Shown: positions 62,033 through 64,000 of the stretch, piece after piece
How positions within the stretch are numbered: the first letter of the stretch is position 1
Layout: each line of letters opens with the position of its first letter
Assembly (NCBI GenBank): GCA_964016885.1
Contig: OZ024763.1
Span: forward strand, 29,326,001 to 29,390,000
Reading direction: 5' to 3'
DNA length: 64,000 nt
Source of the DNA: Eledone cirrhosa
Lineage: Eukaryota
Position numbers and translations under genes: made by a program
Notes under the pieces: generated by a model
Told to the model about the DNA's origin: nothing
What the model saw: the letters and a program-made list of their open reading frames with translations, nothing else
The model's database searches: none

Positions 62033-62479
62033 GATCTGTGAGCATGTGTAAGCTGTCAGCGTTATCGTTTCTCTTCAGAGGTCAGAAACATATAATATTA
62101 TTGAAGCTTCTTTCTGATTCAATTATGATAACAGTATAGGAATGGGTTACATATGGTGGAAAGGCCATACATAGATTTTATTTAAAATAAGAAGCAATCT
62201 AAATTTATAATCCACAATGTCCTGCCTTAGACTGTGTCCTCTCTTGATTTTTTTTCTCTATCCCGTATATTGCAAAGAATAAATTTCTATATATATATTC
62301 CATTTCAGGTAGACGCGCTCCATCATCCACTGTTCTAAAAAATAAATCATACACAAAACGCCAGCCCCAACAGCCTTTGCAAGAGATGTCAACATGAATG
62401 GACCTGTTATATTTATCTAAAGACATTCTTTCCAATTCCATCCCACCCGTCACCTCAATCTATCTTATTTCTCATTCTT

Positions 62480-62515
62480 TCTTCTGGTGAAGGACTAGCG
62501 TCCGAAACGTTAAGA
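62480..62515 (+). ncRNA. Minimal HHR family D, core mutated (CUGGUGA)
   Basis: UCUU CUGGUGA A GGAC uagc GUCC GAAAC GUU AAGA. Confidence 0.65.
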
Positions 62516-62611
62516 CCCACTTCCTGCTATATCAAGCGTTAATCTAATATATCCCTTCCATATACTGTACAGATTGTGTTGTTATTTCTGTTTACCTTTT
62601 ACACACACACC

Positions 62612-62644
<33 letters not shown>

Positions 62645-62817
62645 TTTTTTTTTATCTGCCTATATGTACGGGAATAGATAGAGAGACAGATTCTCTTGAT
62701 ATTTTTAACTCACTACAGGAAGGGGAAAATATTAAAAAATCTTCGACATCAATTTAGAACCAATAAGTCGGGCTAACTGTAATGTCCCTATCTATCAAAA
62801 AAATCCTCCTTATTTCA

Positions 62818-62855
<38 letters not shown>

Positions 62856-63056
62856 CACCCCGACGAAAATCCTTTGAACTTAGCTTCAACCGTCGTTTCC
62901 TTTCTTTCCTTTCACAAGATCGTTCGGATGAAACATCTAACAAGTGTTAACACATTGGAAATTAATCTGATAAAGATTCCTCAGGGGAAATTTAAAAAAA
63001 AAAGTTTTTTTTTCTCTTTTTCCAAAATAAAGTCAAGCCTAGGGAAATTTAACTAG

Positions 63057-63185
63057 TAAGAAGAAGAAGAAAAAGAAGAAGAAGAAGAAGAAGAAGAAGA
63101 AGAAGAAGAAGAAGAAGAAAAAGAAGAAAAAGAAGAAATAGAAGAAATAGATTAAATAGAAGAAAAAGAAAAACAAAAAGAAGAA
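63057..63185. repeat. (AAG)n microsatellite
   Basis: Direct inspection. Confidence 0.95.
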
Positions 63186-63330
63186 ATTACAATAATTGTT
63201 TTTAATTTAGGCACAAGGCCAGCAATATTTGGGACGAAGGATATACTTTACAGGTACTTTATTTTAACGAACCCTAAAAGCGTTATACTCAAAGCTATCA
63301 GAATTCTGACAACCCTCAGCTCTCTGTCCC

Positions 63331-63373
<43 letters not shown>

Positions 63374-63500
63374 TTTTCTTTATTAACCACAAGGGTTGAC
63401 ACAAAGAATAACATTAAGGACAGTACAGGACGGTAGAAATGGACATTTCTGCGTGTAAAGAAAAAAACAATAACAAAGGAAAAGACAACAAAAAAAAAAA
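63374..63500 (-). mobile_element. 3' end of an unclassified retroelement (cccttgtgg.taataaagaaa + microsatellite tail)
   Basis: A similar end is at 8178-8228 (minus). An opposite-strand copy of the upstream part is at ~63935-64000. Confidence 0.55.
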
Positions 63501-63612
63501 AGGAAAATTCCCCAATGTTACGGGTTCGATAAAATAAAGTACCAGTAATGTACTGAGGTATTTGCTGGCCTTGTGCCAAAAGTAGAAACAATTATTATTA
63601 TTATTATTATTG

Positions 63613-63798
63613 TGGTGGATTGGCAGTATCGGTGGAGGGTCGGACGCCATGCTTTGACGCATAGAGTTACGGCCCTTGCCATTCTGAGTTCAAATCGCGC
63701 CGAGGTTAACTTTGCCTTTCATCCTTACGGGGTCGATAAAATAAAGGACCAATAATACACTGGGGTAATTGGTGGCCTTGTGCCAAAATTAGAAACAA
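63613..63798 (+). mobile_element. SINE family 1, preceded by a tail fragment at 63522-63590
   Basis: A/B boxes, body and tail are present. Confidence 0.9.
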
Positions 63799-64000
63799 TT
63801 ATTATCATTATGTGTCTGTAAATTAAAGGTGGAAAACTGGGAGGGGGCACTTGCCCTGGTGGTCAGGGTCACTGTGGTCTTTTAATGGGCTTTCTCCACA
63901 AATGTCCCTCGGAAGTCTCCCCCCTATTGGGGAATTTTTCTTTGTTATTTTATTACATCCTGTTTTTTACACGCAGAAATGCCCATTTGTACCGTCCTGT

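Noticed and set aside
62309-62397. Possible terminal exon after ccatttcag
   Set aside because: Short peptide with no recognisable homology; a chance acceptor is likely.

Overview
Repeat-dominated, AT-rich eukaryotic DNA, intronic or intergenic. The SINE families suggest an octopod cephalopod (inference from recalled SINE sequences). Nearly all ORFs in the track are artefacts of (TA)n/(CA)n/(TG)n microsatellites, and no host protein-coding gene can be supported. Real content: about 20 tRNA-derived SINE copies or fragments of two families, some with 14-18 bp target-site duplications; 3' fragments of RTE, R4/Dong-like and CR1/L2-like LINEs; pogo-, mariner- and hAT-like MITEs; and many mini/satellites. 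The main signal is a set of type I hammerhead ribozyme (HHR) motifs (stem I-CUGANGA-stem II-GAAA-stem III-NUH-stem I) in about seven or eight short element types. They lie mostly inside (TA)n tracts, often as head-to-head palindromes, and show compensatory base changes between copies. They resemble Penelope-like element (PLE) pseudo-LTR remnants or non-autonomous ribozyme retroelements; no PLE ORF is present. Also notable: an RTE insertion with twin-priming-type 5' inversion, a minisatellite built from an RTE coding segment, and internally deleted RTE derivatives. All folds and alignments were done by eye.
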